Below, piece by piece: positions 42,831 to 51,951 of a stretch of DNA of 64,000 nucleotides (position 1 is the stretch's first letter; every line of letters starts with the position of its first letter). The translations under genes were made by a program, and so were the position numbers. The notes beneath the pieces were generated by a model that was not told where the DNA came from, made no database searches, and saw nothing but the letters and a program-made list of their open reading frames with translations. The stretch lies in the IMG/VR virus record IMGVR_UViG_3300028864_000016, positions 1 to 64,000 of that record. One strand, 5' to 3'.

Positions 42831-42942
42831 ATAGAGACACATTGAGGAGTCATGACCTTAATTAAATAGCTTATCTCAATCGGCTATGTCTCTATTTTTA
42901 TTAATGATTGAGAAATAAATTATAGAAAGAAGATTGAGAAAT
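42831..42942 (+). promoter_or_regulatory. Three-way-junction leader with loop complementary to the initiation region of the endonuclease gene
   Basis: P1 ATAGAGACA/TGTCTCTAT; loop TCTCAATC complementary to GATTGAGA at 42906 and 42932. Confidence 0.65.
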
Positions 42943-43947
42943 ATGAAAAAGACAATAGTAGATTATGATGAAACTTTATGGATGATACCATACTTTCAAG
43001 GTGGGTATGACGAAGCTAAAAAGTATACTCCACATACTTCAAAGAGAGTTAATTTTAAATGTCCTATTTGCGGAAGAGTAAAAGAGAAATCCACTACAAT
43101 AAATAGTTTATGTAATACTCATTCAATAGGCTGTATTTGTAATGATGGAATCCCATATACTGAAAAAGTAATATTTAACATTTTGGAGCAATTAAAAACT
43201 GATTTTATATATCAATTCAAAAAAATAAATGATTTATGGTGTGAAAACAAAATATATGATTTTTGTTTTGGACTAGATGGAGAAAGATATATTATAGAAA
43301 CTCATGGAATTCAACATTACGTACAAACTAATAGAAAAAATGCAAAAACATTAGAGGAAGAGCAAGAAAATGACATAATTAAAAAAGAACTTGCTCTAGC
43401 AAACGGAATTAAAAAAGAAAATTATATAGTAATTGATTGTAGATACTCAGATTTAGAGTTTATAAAACGCAATGTATTAGACAGTAATTTGGCTACTATT
43501 TTTGATTTAAGTAAGATTGATTGGAATAAAGTAGAAGAGTTTGCATTATCAAATCTAGTAAAAGAAATATGTGTTTATTGGAATGATAATGGTATTACAA
43601 TGAATGAAATTGCAGTAATGTTTAATTTATGTCCAACTACGGTGTCTAGATATATAAGTAAAGGAATAAAATTGAATTGGGTGAATAAAATAGAATTCAT
43701 AAATAATAAAGATTATTCAATGAAATTAGCACAGAAATATGCAAAACAATGTAATTCTAAGCAATTAAAAGTGTTCAAAGATGGAGTATATTTAGGTAAA
43801 TTTAACTCAACTAGGGAACTAGAAAGAATATCATTAGAAAAATTCGGTGTTAATTTTAATCATAGTGAAGTATCTAAAGTATGTAAAGGTAAATATAGAC
43901 AATATAAAGGCTATACATTTGAGTATGTAGAAAAAGAAGCATGTTAA
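42943..43947 (+). CDS. Free-standing putative homing endonuclease, paralog of 31656-33062
   Basis: CPICG, YDFCF...IIETHGIQHY...NDIIKK, IDCR, FDLSKIDWNK, NUMOD1-like tail; ATG 42943 preferred over TTG 42934. Confidence 0.75.
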   Translation: MKKTIVDYDETLWMIPYFQGGYDEAKKYTPHTSKRVNFKCPICGRVKEKSTTINSLCNTHSIGCICNDGIPYTEKVIFNILEQLKTDFIYQFKKINDLWCENKIYDFCFGLDGERYIIETHGIQHYVQTNRKNAKTLEEEQENDIIKKELALANGIKKENYIVIDCRYSDLEFIKRNVLDSNLATIFDLSKIDWNKVEEFALSNLVKEICVYWNDNGITMNEIAVMFNLCPTTVSRYISKGIKLNWVNKIEFINNKDYSMKLAQKYAKQCNSKQLKVFKDGVYLGKFNSTRELERISLEKFGVNFNHSEVSKVCKGKYRQYKGYTFEYVEKEAC

Positions 43948-44016
43948 GATATGCTTCTTTTTTGATATAAAAAATAATATACCGTAAGACGGTGGTAGGG
44001 AAAGTGGGTAAAAATT

Positions 44017-45258
44017 ATGGAAAAGGTTAAATTTTATGATACAAATGAATTATTACATAGCATAGATGAAATAGAAGGAAAGATATTTTTAAGTTCAATA
44101 ACCCTTCAAGAATTAGAACATATTAAAACTTCAAAAAATAAAGATGAAGATGTTAGATTTGAAGCTAGAAAAGTAACTAGATTTTTAAGAGAAAATCAAG
44201 ATAGTTATGAATGTATAGTTGTTGAAAAGAAACATTATAAACTATTAGATAAAATGAATTTAGAACCTGATAATGATAATTTAATAATTGCTTGTGCTAA
44301 ATTATTAGAGAAATGTTATGATGTAGAATTTTTTACAGATGATATTTGTTGTTATAACATAGCTAAGAATATATTTGATTTAAAATGTAGTGGAATTAAA
44401 TCTAATACAAAAATCGAAACATATAAAGGTTATGTTGAAATCATTATGACAGATGAAGAATTAGCAAAATTTTATGAAAAAGAAAATAAAGAAAACATTT
44501 ATGGATTAGAAATAAATGAGTACTTAATTATAAAAGATACATTAAATCAACCAATTGATGCATGGAAATATATTGGTGATAGATTTGGATTTGTACAAGT
44601 GGACGTAAAGCCTATACAAAGTAAAATGTTAGGTAAGTTGAAAGCCAAAGACTTTTATCAACAATGTGTTCTAGATAGTTTTCAAAACAATACTATAACA
44701 GTAATTAAAGGTAAAGCAGGTAGTGGAAAATCTCATCTAGCTATGAATTTCTTATTTAGTCAAATGGATAAGGGTAAGATTGATAAGATTATAATGTTTG
44801 TTAATCCAGTTGCTACAAGGGGTGCTGTTAAACTAGGTTACTATAAAGGAACTAAAGACGAGAAGCTTTTAGATTCAACTATAGGTGCATTTTTACAAGG
44901 GAAATTGGCTGATAGTCTTAATGTCCAAACACTTATTGGAACAGGAAAGTTATTATTACTTCCTATGAGTGATGTTAGGGGATTTGATACAAGTGGTATG
45001 AATGCAGGTATCTATATTACTGAGGCACAAAATATGAGTATTGACTTAATGAAATTAGCGTTACAAAGAATAGGAGACGATTGTATTGCTATTATTGATG
45101 GTGATGTTGATACACAAGTAGATGATAAGCTATACGAAGGTTCAAATAATGGAATGAGAAGACTTTCAGAAGTGTTTAGAGGACAAGACTTATATGGTGA
45201 AGTTGAGTTAACTGAATGTTATAGAAGTAGAATTGCTAAAATAGCAGAAGAATTATAA
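44017..45258 (+). CDS. phoH: PIN-PhoH fusion protein (PhoH2-like)
   Basis: PIN YDTN..., QELE, DNLII, TDD; PhoH GKAGSGKS, LGYYKG...EK, RGFD, EAQN, DGD..Q.D. Confidence 0.88.
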   Translation: MEKVKFYDTNELLHSIDEIEGKIFLSSITLQELEHIKTSKNKDEDVRFEARKVTRFLRENQDSYECIVVEKKHYKLLDKMNLEPDNDNLIIACAKLLEKCYDVEFFTDDICCYNIAKNIFDLKCSGIKSNTKIETYKGYVEIIMTDEELAKFYEKENKENIYGLEINEYLIIKDTLNQPIDAWKYIGDRFGFVQVDVKPIQSKMLGKLKAKDFYQQCVLDSFQNNTITVIKGKAGSGKSHLAMNFLFSQMDKGKIDKIIMFVNPVATRGAVKLGYYKGTKDEKLLDSTIGAFLQGKLADSLNVQTLIGTGKLLLLPMSDVRGFDTSGMNAGIYITEAQNMSIDLMKLALQRIGDDCIAIIDGDVDTQVDDKLYEGSNNGMRRLSEVFRGQDLYGEVELTECYRSRIAKIAEEL

Positions 45259-45293
45259 AAAATAAATTAATATAATAAAAGGAGAGAAAAATA

Positions 45294-45518
45294 ATGGCAA
45301 AAGCTAAAAAGATACAAGAAAAAATAGTAACTGATCACCAATTTAAAGCAGAAGGAATTTTAAATGTAGATAATTTACAAGAAGGTATGTTTATTTTAGA
45401 AGTTGAGGACATTGGAGAAGTTGATTTAGTAAAATACTTTAAAAAGTTTAATGAATCTAATATTAAATTATCTATTTCTGATAAAGATGAGTCAGAAGCT
45501 AAGGAAGAACAAGAGTAA
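45294..45518 (+). CDS. YonK-like small protein
   Basis: Size, KAEGIL...F.KFN...I.LSI pattern and position before phosphoesterase. Confidence 0.6.
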   Translation: MAKAKKIQEKIVTDHQFKAEGILNVDNLQEGMFILEVEDIGEVDLVKYFKKFNESNIKLSISDKDESEAKEEQE

Positions 45519-45519
45519 A

Positions 45520-45890
45520 ACATTGCAGACACTCATGTGAGGTTTGACAATTTATTAATTTTATAACGAATATTAAACGTGTAACGAGAATTGCATAGAA
45601 GTAGAAAATGGTTCTCTACAGACTCGAAAGAGTATCTCAGATGATGGATACACCGACCATCCTATGCAATTTAATAAAACAACTATTTTAGAAGGTATTT
45701 AAGTGAGGGCTAACACTCATTCCCCAGAGTAATTTTTATTTACTCGTCACTCCTTGAGGGGACGTTAAAATAATATTCAAGGCAAGGTTAGAATAGGGCG
45801 TGAAAACCTAACAAAGTGTTGAATTGAGTTATGATGACTTTAACAAAAAAGTAGGCGATTTGATAATGTGAAGTTATCCATCGCCTATAT
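45520..45890 (+). ncRNA. Cluster of stem-loops, putative ncRNA(s)
   Basis: AATTGCATAG/CTATGCAATT (45589-45671) enclosing three hairpins; further stems to 45888; ORF-free. Confidence 0.45.
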
Positions 45891-45939
45891 TTCTAAATAA
45901 ATATTTATAATAGAGTCTGAACGTTGAAAAACATGCAGA

Positions 45940-46176
45940 TTGTTAATGAATATTAAAGTAAAGAGTAAAGGAAGATATAAAATGGTGATGAAATTTGATG
46001 GACGTGAGAGTAATAAATCTAAGAGAAAAAGACATAAGACACAAAAGTGTTCAAGTTGTAAAAATACGCTAGATATAGATACCTATATTGATAGAAATGA
46101 CTTTGATAGAATAAGTGAAGACACTATTATTATATATTGTGAGAAATGTGGAAATGAAGAATTAATTAAATTATAA
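45940..46176 (+). CDS. Small zinc-ribbon protein
   Basis: CSSC...CEKCG; true start probably internal. Confidence 0.55.
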   Translation: MLMNIKVKSKGRYKMVMKFDGRESNKSKRKRHKTQKCSSCKNTLDIDTYIDRNDFDRISEDTIIIYCEKCGNEELIKL

Positions 46177-46203
46177 CAAATTAAATAAAGGTGAGGGAAT
46201 AAT

Positions 46204-47427
46204 ATGGAGGAAAAGTTTAGAAAGTTAGAAAGTGAGTCAAGAGAAAAGTATATACATAGAATGTATTCTAATAAAATACAATTTAATATGATTAATAGAG
46301 AAATTGCAGAAGTAATTAATCAAGAACTTGGAACAGACTTCCAAGAGAGTTATTTCCGTGGTATATATAAAATTTATGAAATTGCATGTTCTGAATGTTT
46401 GGAATCTTTAAAAGGTGACAAAGAAGTAAAAAACAAAATTGATGAAATTGCTGAGTTAATTGGTGAATTAGATGTAAAGAAAATGCTAGTTAGAAATGAT
46501 ACCACTAAACTTAATAAGATAAAAAGAGATTTTGTTAAGACAATTGAAATAGCTAATGATTTAAAAGAATGTATGCTAGAAAATTATACAGACTTTCCTA
46601 AGTTTGAATATGAAATAATAACAGATGTATCAAATAATAAATTAATAGTTCAAGTCAGCGATTGGCACGTGGGTTATGTTATTAATGGATATAAAGGGAA
46701 TTATTACAACTATGAAATTGCAAAGAAAAGACTTAATAAATTGCTAATTGAAATAGACAAAACTTGTATTTTATATAATATTAATTCAGTGGTAGTTGTA
46801 AATTGTGGAGATGCTATAGAAAATCTATATATGCGTAAAAATCAAAGTTATGAATGTGAATTTGATTTATCTCATCAAATAGCATATGCATCAAAATTAT
46901 TATATAGCTTTATAACTCAAATATCATCAAAGAAAAGAAATGTTGAAGTATATTCAGTGGGTGGTAATCATAGCCGATTGAGTGAAAAAGATGCAAATGT
47001 TGAAGGCGATAATGCTAATGTAATTATTAATGAAAACTTAAAAACGTTTGTTGAGATATCTGAAAATAAAAGAATACATATAAATGATATTGATTATGTT
47101 GATGATAGTGCTTATTTTAAAATTAATGGAATGAATGTAAAAGTTATTCATGGAGATAATAGAATTTCAGATAAAAAGAAATTATTTGATTCAGAATCTA
47201 CAATGGACAACACAGAATATAAACTTATTCTAAGGGGGCATGACCATAATTTCAATATAACTTCTCAAAATAATGGGGGATATGTTGTTACAAGTGGTTC
47301 ATTATTTGGATATAATCCTTATTCTGTTAAGAAAATGAGTTGTACTACAAATGCTAGTCAAACATTAATAGTTATTAATGAAAATGATATAGAATGTATC
47401 AAGGATATAAATTTGCAAATAAATTAA
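46204..47427 (+). CDS. Calcineurin-like metallophosphoesterase (YonJ-like)
   Basis: SDWH.G, CGD, GGNH, IHGD, GHDH. Confidence 0.85.
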   Translation: MEEKFRKLESESREKYIHRMYSNKIQFNMINREIAEVINQELGTDFQESYFRGIYKIYEIACSECLESLKGDKEVKNKIDEIAELIGELDVKKMLVRNDTTKLNKIKRDFVKTIEIANDLKECMLENYTDFPKFEYEIITDVSNNKLIVQVSDWHVGYVINGYKGNYYNYEIAKKRLNKLLIEIDKTCILYNINSVVVVNCGDAIENLYMRKNQSYECEFDLSHQIAYASKLLYSFITQISSKKRNVEVYSVGGNHSRLSEKDANVEGDNANVIINENLKTFVEISENKRIHINDIDYVDDSAYFKINGMNVKVIHGDNRISDKKKLFDSESTMDNTEYKLILRGHDHNFNITSQNNGGYVVTSGSLFGYNPYSVKKMSCTTNASQTLIVINENDIECIKDINLQIN

Positions 47428-47447
47428 TTAAAATAACGAGGTGTAAT

Positions 47448-47612
47448 ATGAATACAAAAATCATAGTAAATCCAACTATAGCAAGACAACTTTTACACAA
47501 AGGACATGCTATAGTAGATATTAAACCTAAAAAAGAAAATAAAAAAGAAACTGTTTTTGTATTTGAAAATACAGAGCAATTTAAGAATGATTTGACTTCT
47601 ATTAGTAAATAG
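47448..47612 (+). CDS. DUF5659-like small protein
   Basis: ARQLL.KG..IVDIKP...TVFVFENT; GAGGTG RBS before ATG 47448. Confidence 0.7.
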   Translation: MNTKIIVNPTIARQLLHKGHAIVDIKPKKENKKETVFVFENTEQFKNDLTSISK

Positions 47613-47650
47613 GAGTCTTTTTATTATAAAAAATTCATAGAAAGAAGGAA

Positions 47651-48667
47651 TTGATAACAATGAAAATAGGAAATTTAGAAGTGTATGGTATCATATATAA
47701 AATAGAAAATTTTGTCAATGGTAAAGTTTATATTGGACAAACTATAAATGGGTTTGATAAGAGATATCCTTATAATGGAGTTGATATTGAAAGAGTTTAT
47801 AATTATTCTATTTATAATAAAAATAATTACAGAAATTATAATGACCATTTATTTAAATCAATTAAAAAATATGGATTTGATTCTTTTCAGATTAATAAAG
47901 TGTTTGATATGGCATTTTCACAAGACGAACTAAATATTAAAGAACAGTGTTGGATAAAATATTACAATTCTGCAAATGGAAATTATGGTTATAATAATGA
48001 TGAAGGTGGAAATAGTGGGATTCCTAACAATGAAGCAAGAGAAAATATGAGAAATGCACAAATTAAAATTCCAATTATTCAATTAGATTTAAAAGGAAAT
48101 CTAATAAATGAATGGTCTGGAGCAAGAGAAGTTTCTAAAAAATTAAATATTAATCAATCTTGTATATGGGAATGTTTAAACAAAGGAAGGAAAACTTATA
48201 AGGGATATATTTGGATATATAAAACTGAATATTATGAATTAAATAAGAAAGTAGATTTAGATTTTTATACTTTTAATAAAGGACAAAAGATAGAAATTGT
48301 ACAATTTGATTTTCAAAGAAATATAATTAAAGTATGGGATAGTGCATTATCCATAGAAAAAGAAACTAATGGATGTTTTGATGCAAGCACAATAATAAAA
48401 GTATGTAAACATAAATTATTATCTAGTAAAGAATATATATTTTTATATAATAAAGGCAATATTAATGAAGAATTTATAAATCATATAAATATATATAATA
48501 AGTCACACAAGAAAAAAGTAGTTTTTCAATTATATGATAATAAACTAATTAAGATATGGAAGAGTGTAAAAGAAATGGTTATAAATTTTAATGATACGTC
48601 TATATATAATAAATTAAATGAAAATAAAGAAATATTAAAGGATAATATCTTTACATATGAAATTTAA
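47651..48667 (+). CDS. GIY-YIG homing endonuclease with NUMOD1-like repeats
   Basis: GIIYKIEN..NGKVYIGQT, KYG...F, E..WI..Y.S...GYN...GG. Confidence 0.9.
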   Translation: MITMKIGNLEVYGIIYKIENFVNGKVYIGQTINGFDKRYPYNGVDIERVYNYSIYNKNNYRNYNDHLFKSIKKYGFDSFQINKVFDMAFSQDELNIKEQCWIKYYNSANGNYGYNNDEGGNSGIPNNEARENMRNAQIKIPIIQLDLKGNLINEWSGAREVSKKLNINQSCIWECLNKGRKTYKGYIWIYKTEYYELNKKVDLDFYTFNKGQKIEIVQFDFQRNIIKVWDSALSIEKETNGCFDASTIIKVCKHKLLSSKEYIFLYNKGNINEEFINHINIYNKSHKKKVVFQLYDNKLIKIWKSVKEMVINFNDTSIYNKLNENKEILKDNIFTYEI

Positions 48668-48775
48668 CATAGTGTAGATAAACTTCAATGTACAACACAT
48701 GCAAGTCAAACTCTAATTGTAGTTAATTATGATGGAGTTGAATATATAAGAGATATAAATTTACAGATAAATTAA
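48668..48775 (+). pseudogene. Orphan duplicate of the last 35 codons of the metallophosphoesterase gene
   Basis: HSVDKLQCTTHASQTLIVVNYDGVEYIRDINLQIN* vs YSVKKMSCTTNASQTLIVINENDIECIKDINLQIN* (47320-47427). Confidence 0.85.
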
Positions 48776-48797
48776 AATAAATAGTAAAGGGTTAAAG

Positions 48798-49403
48798 GTG
48801 AATTATATGGGAGAGTATCAAATAGTAAATAGATTGCTAGAAGAAATGAAAAGATTAGATTATCTTAATGATAATACTATATACCTTGATTGTGAAATAG
48901 ATAGGGAATCCCAAGTAATGTTTTGTAGGCAGTTAAGAAAATTAGCAGTTCAGGAATTAAATAAACCAGAAAAAGATAGAAAACATATAAAAGTTAGAAT
49001 ATCAAGTTTTGGTGGTTGGGTATGTGCGGTTTTCGCAATGATATCTGATATGGAATATTGGCAAGAACAAGGTATAATAGTTGAAACTTATTGTGATGGA
49101 TATACAGCAAGTGGAGGTAGTAAAATACTTATGGCAGGAAGTAAAGGGTATAGATTTATAACTAGATATGCAACAGTATTAATTCATCAATCTAATAGCT
49201 ATAAACAAGGTCAATCAACATTACAGGAAGACATCGTAGAAGTTAGAGAATCTTTAAAAGATTGGGATACAATTTGTAATATATTTAGAAAACATACCAA
49301 ATTAACTGAAGAAGATATTTTTAATTATACTGATAAGAATGTTAATTTTACTTACAGACCACAAGAATGTCTTGATAAAGGCATAGTGGATAAAATAATA
49401 TAA
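48798..49403 (+). CDS. ClpP-like protease subunit
   Basis: ISSFGG.V, TASGGS (Ser), RF...ATVLIHQ (His), E.L..GIVDKI; catalytic Asp position unclear. Confidence 0.8.
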   Translation: MNYMGEYQIVNRLLEEMKRLDYLNDNTIYLDCEIDRESQVMFCRQLRKLAVQELNKPEKDRKHIKVRISSFGGWVCAVFAMISDMEYWQEQGIIVETYCDGYTASGGSKILMAGSKGYRFITRYATVLIHQSNSYKQGQSTLQEDIVEVRESLKDWDTICNIFRKHTKLTEEDIFNYTDKNVNFTYRPQECLDKGIVDKII

Positions 49404-49411
49404 GGATATAG

Positions 49412-49756
49412 GTGAGAAATATGAATGAAGAATTAAATCAAGAACAAGAAGTGATGGAAGATGACTATATTGGTTATGAAGAACAAATGGGATTAGTTTC
49501 TGTAGATGAAGAGTTAAAAAGAATAGTTATTCAAGATAATCCTACATCTGAAACAAGTGAATATACCACGAACAGTGATTTCTACCAAGAAAATATGATT
49601 TATATAGAAACTATAGGTGAATGTTTTCAAAAATTAATTGGGTATGGTATTGATTATAATAATGCAGTTAGTATTTCTAATAATGTATATCAAAATTCAG
49701 TTAATGAAAAGTTAGCAAAGATTCAACAAATTGTAGTAGAACAGAATCAACCATAA
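49412..49756 (+). CDS. Acidic hypothetical protein
   Basis: ORF in operon. Confidence 0.65.
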   Translation: MRNMNEELNQEQEVMEDDYIGYEEQMGLVSVDEELKRIVIQDNPTSETSEYTTNSDFYQENMIYIETIGECFQKLIGYGIDYNNAVSISNNVYQNSVNEKLAKIQQIVVEQNQP

Positions 49757-49776
49757 AATAAAGTGAGGTAAAAATA

Positions 49777-50352
49777 ATGAATAATAAAAATATAAACACA
49801 GAAAAAGTATATGAAGATTATTTAGATGCATTGATGAAAATTTTAAAGGATTTTGATAATATTTCATTCATACTGTCAAATGATAAGGCTTTAGAATTAG
49901 TTGAAAGAATGGAAACTTTAGGTTATAAATTCAATGAATATGATACTTTTAGTTTTAAAGAATTTGAAGAATTATATAATACTGATATATTATTAATTTC
50001 TAAATCATATTGGGACGATGAAGAACATTATAGTTTAGAAAGTGCTTATGGATACGACCATTTAAAAACTATTGAGGGACAAGATGTAGTATTTGTTGAA
50101 GAAGACTTAATTGATTCTGATGAATTAAAAGAATATATTAATTGTCCAATAGTAACTTTAACTGAAAAGGAATATTCTGAAGACGAAGAAGATGAGTTAG
50201 ATAATTTATTTGAGGAGTTAACACAAGAAGTTTTTGATGATATTATAGAAAATCAAGATGATGAAGAATTTTGTCTACATTGTTCAATTAAAGATGCTAT
50301 CATTAAGGCTTATGAAATTGGTTTGATAGATGGAGTAAGTAACAAAGAATAA
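49777..50352 (+). CDS. Acidic hypothetical protein
   Basis: GAGGT RBS; C-terminal CLHC. Confidence 0.7.
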   Translation: MNNKNINTEKVYEDYLDALMKILKDFDNISFILSNDKALELVERMETLGYKFNEYDTFSFKEFEELYNTDILLISKSYWDDEEHYSLESAYGYDHLKTIEGQDVVFVEEDLIDSDELKEYINCPIVTLTEKEYSEDEEDELDNLFEELTQEVFDDIIENQDDEEFCLHCSIKDAIIKAYEIGLIDGVSNKE

Positions 50353-50592
50353 TAAATTAATGTAAATAGAATAAAAGTAATGTTTTAAAGGCTTTTACTC
50401 TACGAGGTGTTTCAGCTAAAGCTGATTTGTTGTGGCGTAATCAAAGATTACTTACAACATAGAATTAATTAAATATGGTTTAAATGGCTAGATGATTGAG
50501 GTTGTCTAGTCTCTTTTATTGTTTTCTAATATCTATCTAGATGGTAGGTAGTTTAAATAATAAAATAATGTTTAATTAGGAGGAATGTAATT

Positions 50593-51495
50593 ATGGCAGG
50601 AGAATATACTGCAAAGATTAGAGATTATAAAAATATAATCAAAAGTAATGGAATTGTAACAGAATATGGTGAGGTAATAGAAAATATAAGCGATAGGTCT
50701 TTGGAATTAATTGCAATGGATTTTATTACTATGGAGGAACAAGGTAAAGAAAAGAAATTAGATATAATACAAATGAAAGAAGAGCAAACTGAATTTCAAC
50801 AATATTTATTAAATTGTTATGGTAGTTTTTATTTTAACTTTTATAAACGATTTGGAAATATTGAAAAACAATTCTTATTCAGATTTATATATTTGGCAAC
50901 TTTTATGAATTATGATAATCTATTATCAGATGGAAAGAAATTAATAAAAGAAGAAAAATTAATAGATATATTTAATTTAGGGAAAACTGAGTTCTATAAG
51001 ACTAAAAAGTATTTAATTGAAAATAAATTTATAACTATACAAGATAATAAAACAATATTAATTAATGATAAATATTGTAAAAAAGGTAAAATAAATAAAA
51101 CTAAATCAATTGAGGTGGTAAGAATGTTTAATGACGCAATTAGAGAGTTGTATGAAAAGTCTACTCCAAAAGAACATAAAAAATTAGCTTTATTAATAGA
51201 AATATTACCTTTGATAAATCTTAAATTTAATGTGATATGTCACAACCCAAAGTGTGAATATGAAGAAAATATAGAACCATATGCAATGTCTGATTTGTGT
51301 AGTGAATTAGGATATGATAAAACACATGCAAGTAGACTAAAGAAAGATTTATTAAAATTAAAAGTAAATAATGAATTAGTTATTGGAATATTCGAAAAAG
51401 ATAATGGAAAAGCAATTTATGTAAATCCATCTATATATTATAAAGGAATTAAAATGGAGGATATTAAAAACCTACAATCAATGTTTAGGATATAA
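50593..51495 (+). CDS. Putative winged-helix DNA-binding protein
   Basis: AGGAGG RBS; two HTH-like segments; YVNPSIYY C-terminus; followed by direct repeats. Confidence 0.6.
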   Translation: MAGEYTAKIRDYKNIIKSNGIVTEYGEVIENISDRSLELIAMDFITMEEQGKEKKLDIIQMKEEQTEFQQYLLNCYGSFYFNFYKRFGNIEKQFLFRFIYLATFMNYDNLLSDGKKLIKEEKLIDIFNLGKTEFYKTKKYLIENKFITIQDNKTILINDKYCKKGKINKTKSIEVVRMFNDAIRELYEKSTPKEHKKLALLIEILPLINLKFNVICHNPKCEYEENIEPYAMSDLCSELGYDKTHASRLKKDLLKLKVNNELVIGIFEKDNGKAIYVNPSIYYKGIKMEDIKNLQSMFRI

Positions 51496-51560
51496 AAGAA
51501 GACCAAGAATAGCTAAATGTTGTGAGTGTGTTGATATGACAAGTCTAAGCTAATTTTCAT

Positions 51561-51606
51561 GTTCATAAAAAGGCTAGTTCGATTTATATAGTTCACAAAA
51601 AGGCTA
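51561..51606 (+). repeat. Direct repeat GTTCAYAAAAAGGCTA x2 (30 bp period)
   Basis: 51561-51576 and 51591-51606. Confidence 0.7.
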
Positions 51607-51705
51607 ATTAGCGAATAAATTAATGGAATTAGTATTGAAATGTATACCTATTTATGGTAGTATAAGTATAGAAACAAATTAATAAATAAATAGGAGTGAA
51701 TTAAT

Positions 51706-51894
51706 ATGGAAAAGAAATATTTCAAGGTAGATTCTTTAAGTTTGGCAAGAGCTATGAATTATTTATGTTATAATTTTATGAAATTTGAGTTAGATGGGAA
51801 GACGGTTTATAGTTTTGAAGATACCGAAGAATTTAGAAAAGATTTAAAAATATTAAATGGATTAAGAAAGAAAAATAATAAATATAATAAATAG
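51706..51894 (+). CDS. DUF5659-like small protein
   Basis: SL.LA.A..YL...TVYSFEDTEEF; own promoter. Confidence 0.65.
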   Translation: MEKKYFKVDSLSLARAMNYLCYNFMKFELDGKTVYSFEDTEEFRKDLKILNGLRKKNNKYNK

Positions 51895-51951
51895 TGAAAT
51901 AAAATAAGTAATATTAGATAAGAGAATTTTAGATGAAAGAAGGAATTAATT

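Noticed and set aside
45589-45671. tRNA gene
   Set aside because: No T-loop TTCG, canonical D-loop, anticodon arm geometry or CCA
47394-47447. N-terminal extension of the DUF5659-like ORF
   Set aside because: Overlaps the upstream gene; RBS supports ATG 47448
47428-48667. Group I intron or intein around the GIY-YIG gene
   Set aside because: No P7/R/S elements seen and the upstream gene has its own complete end and stop
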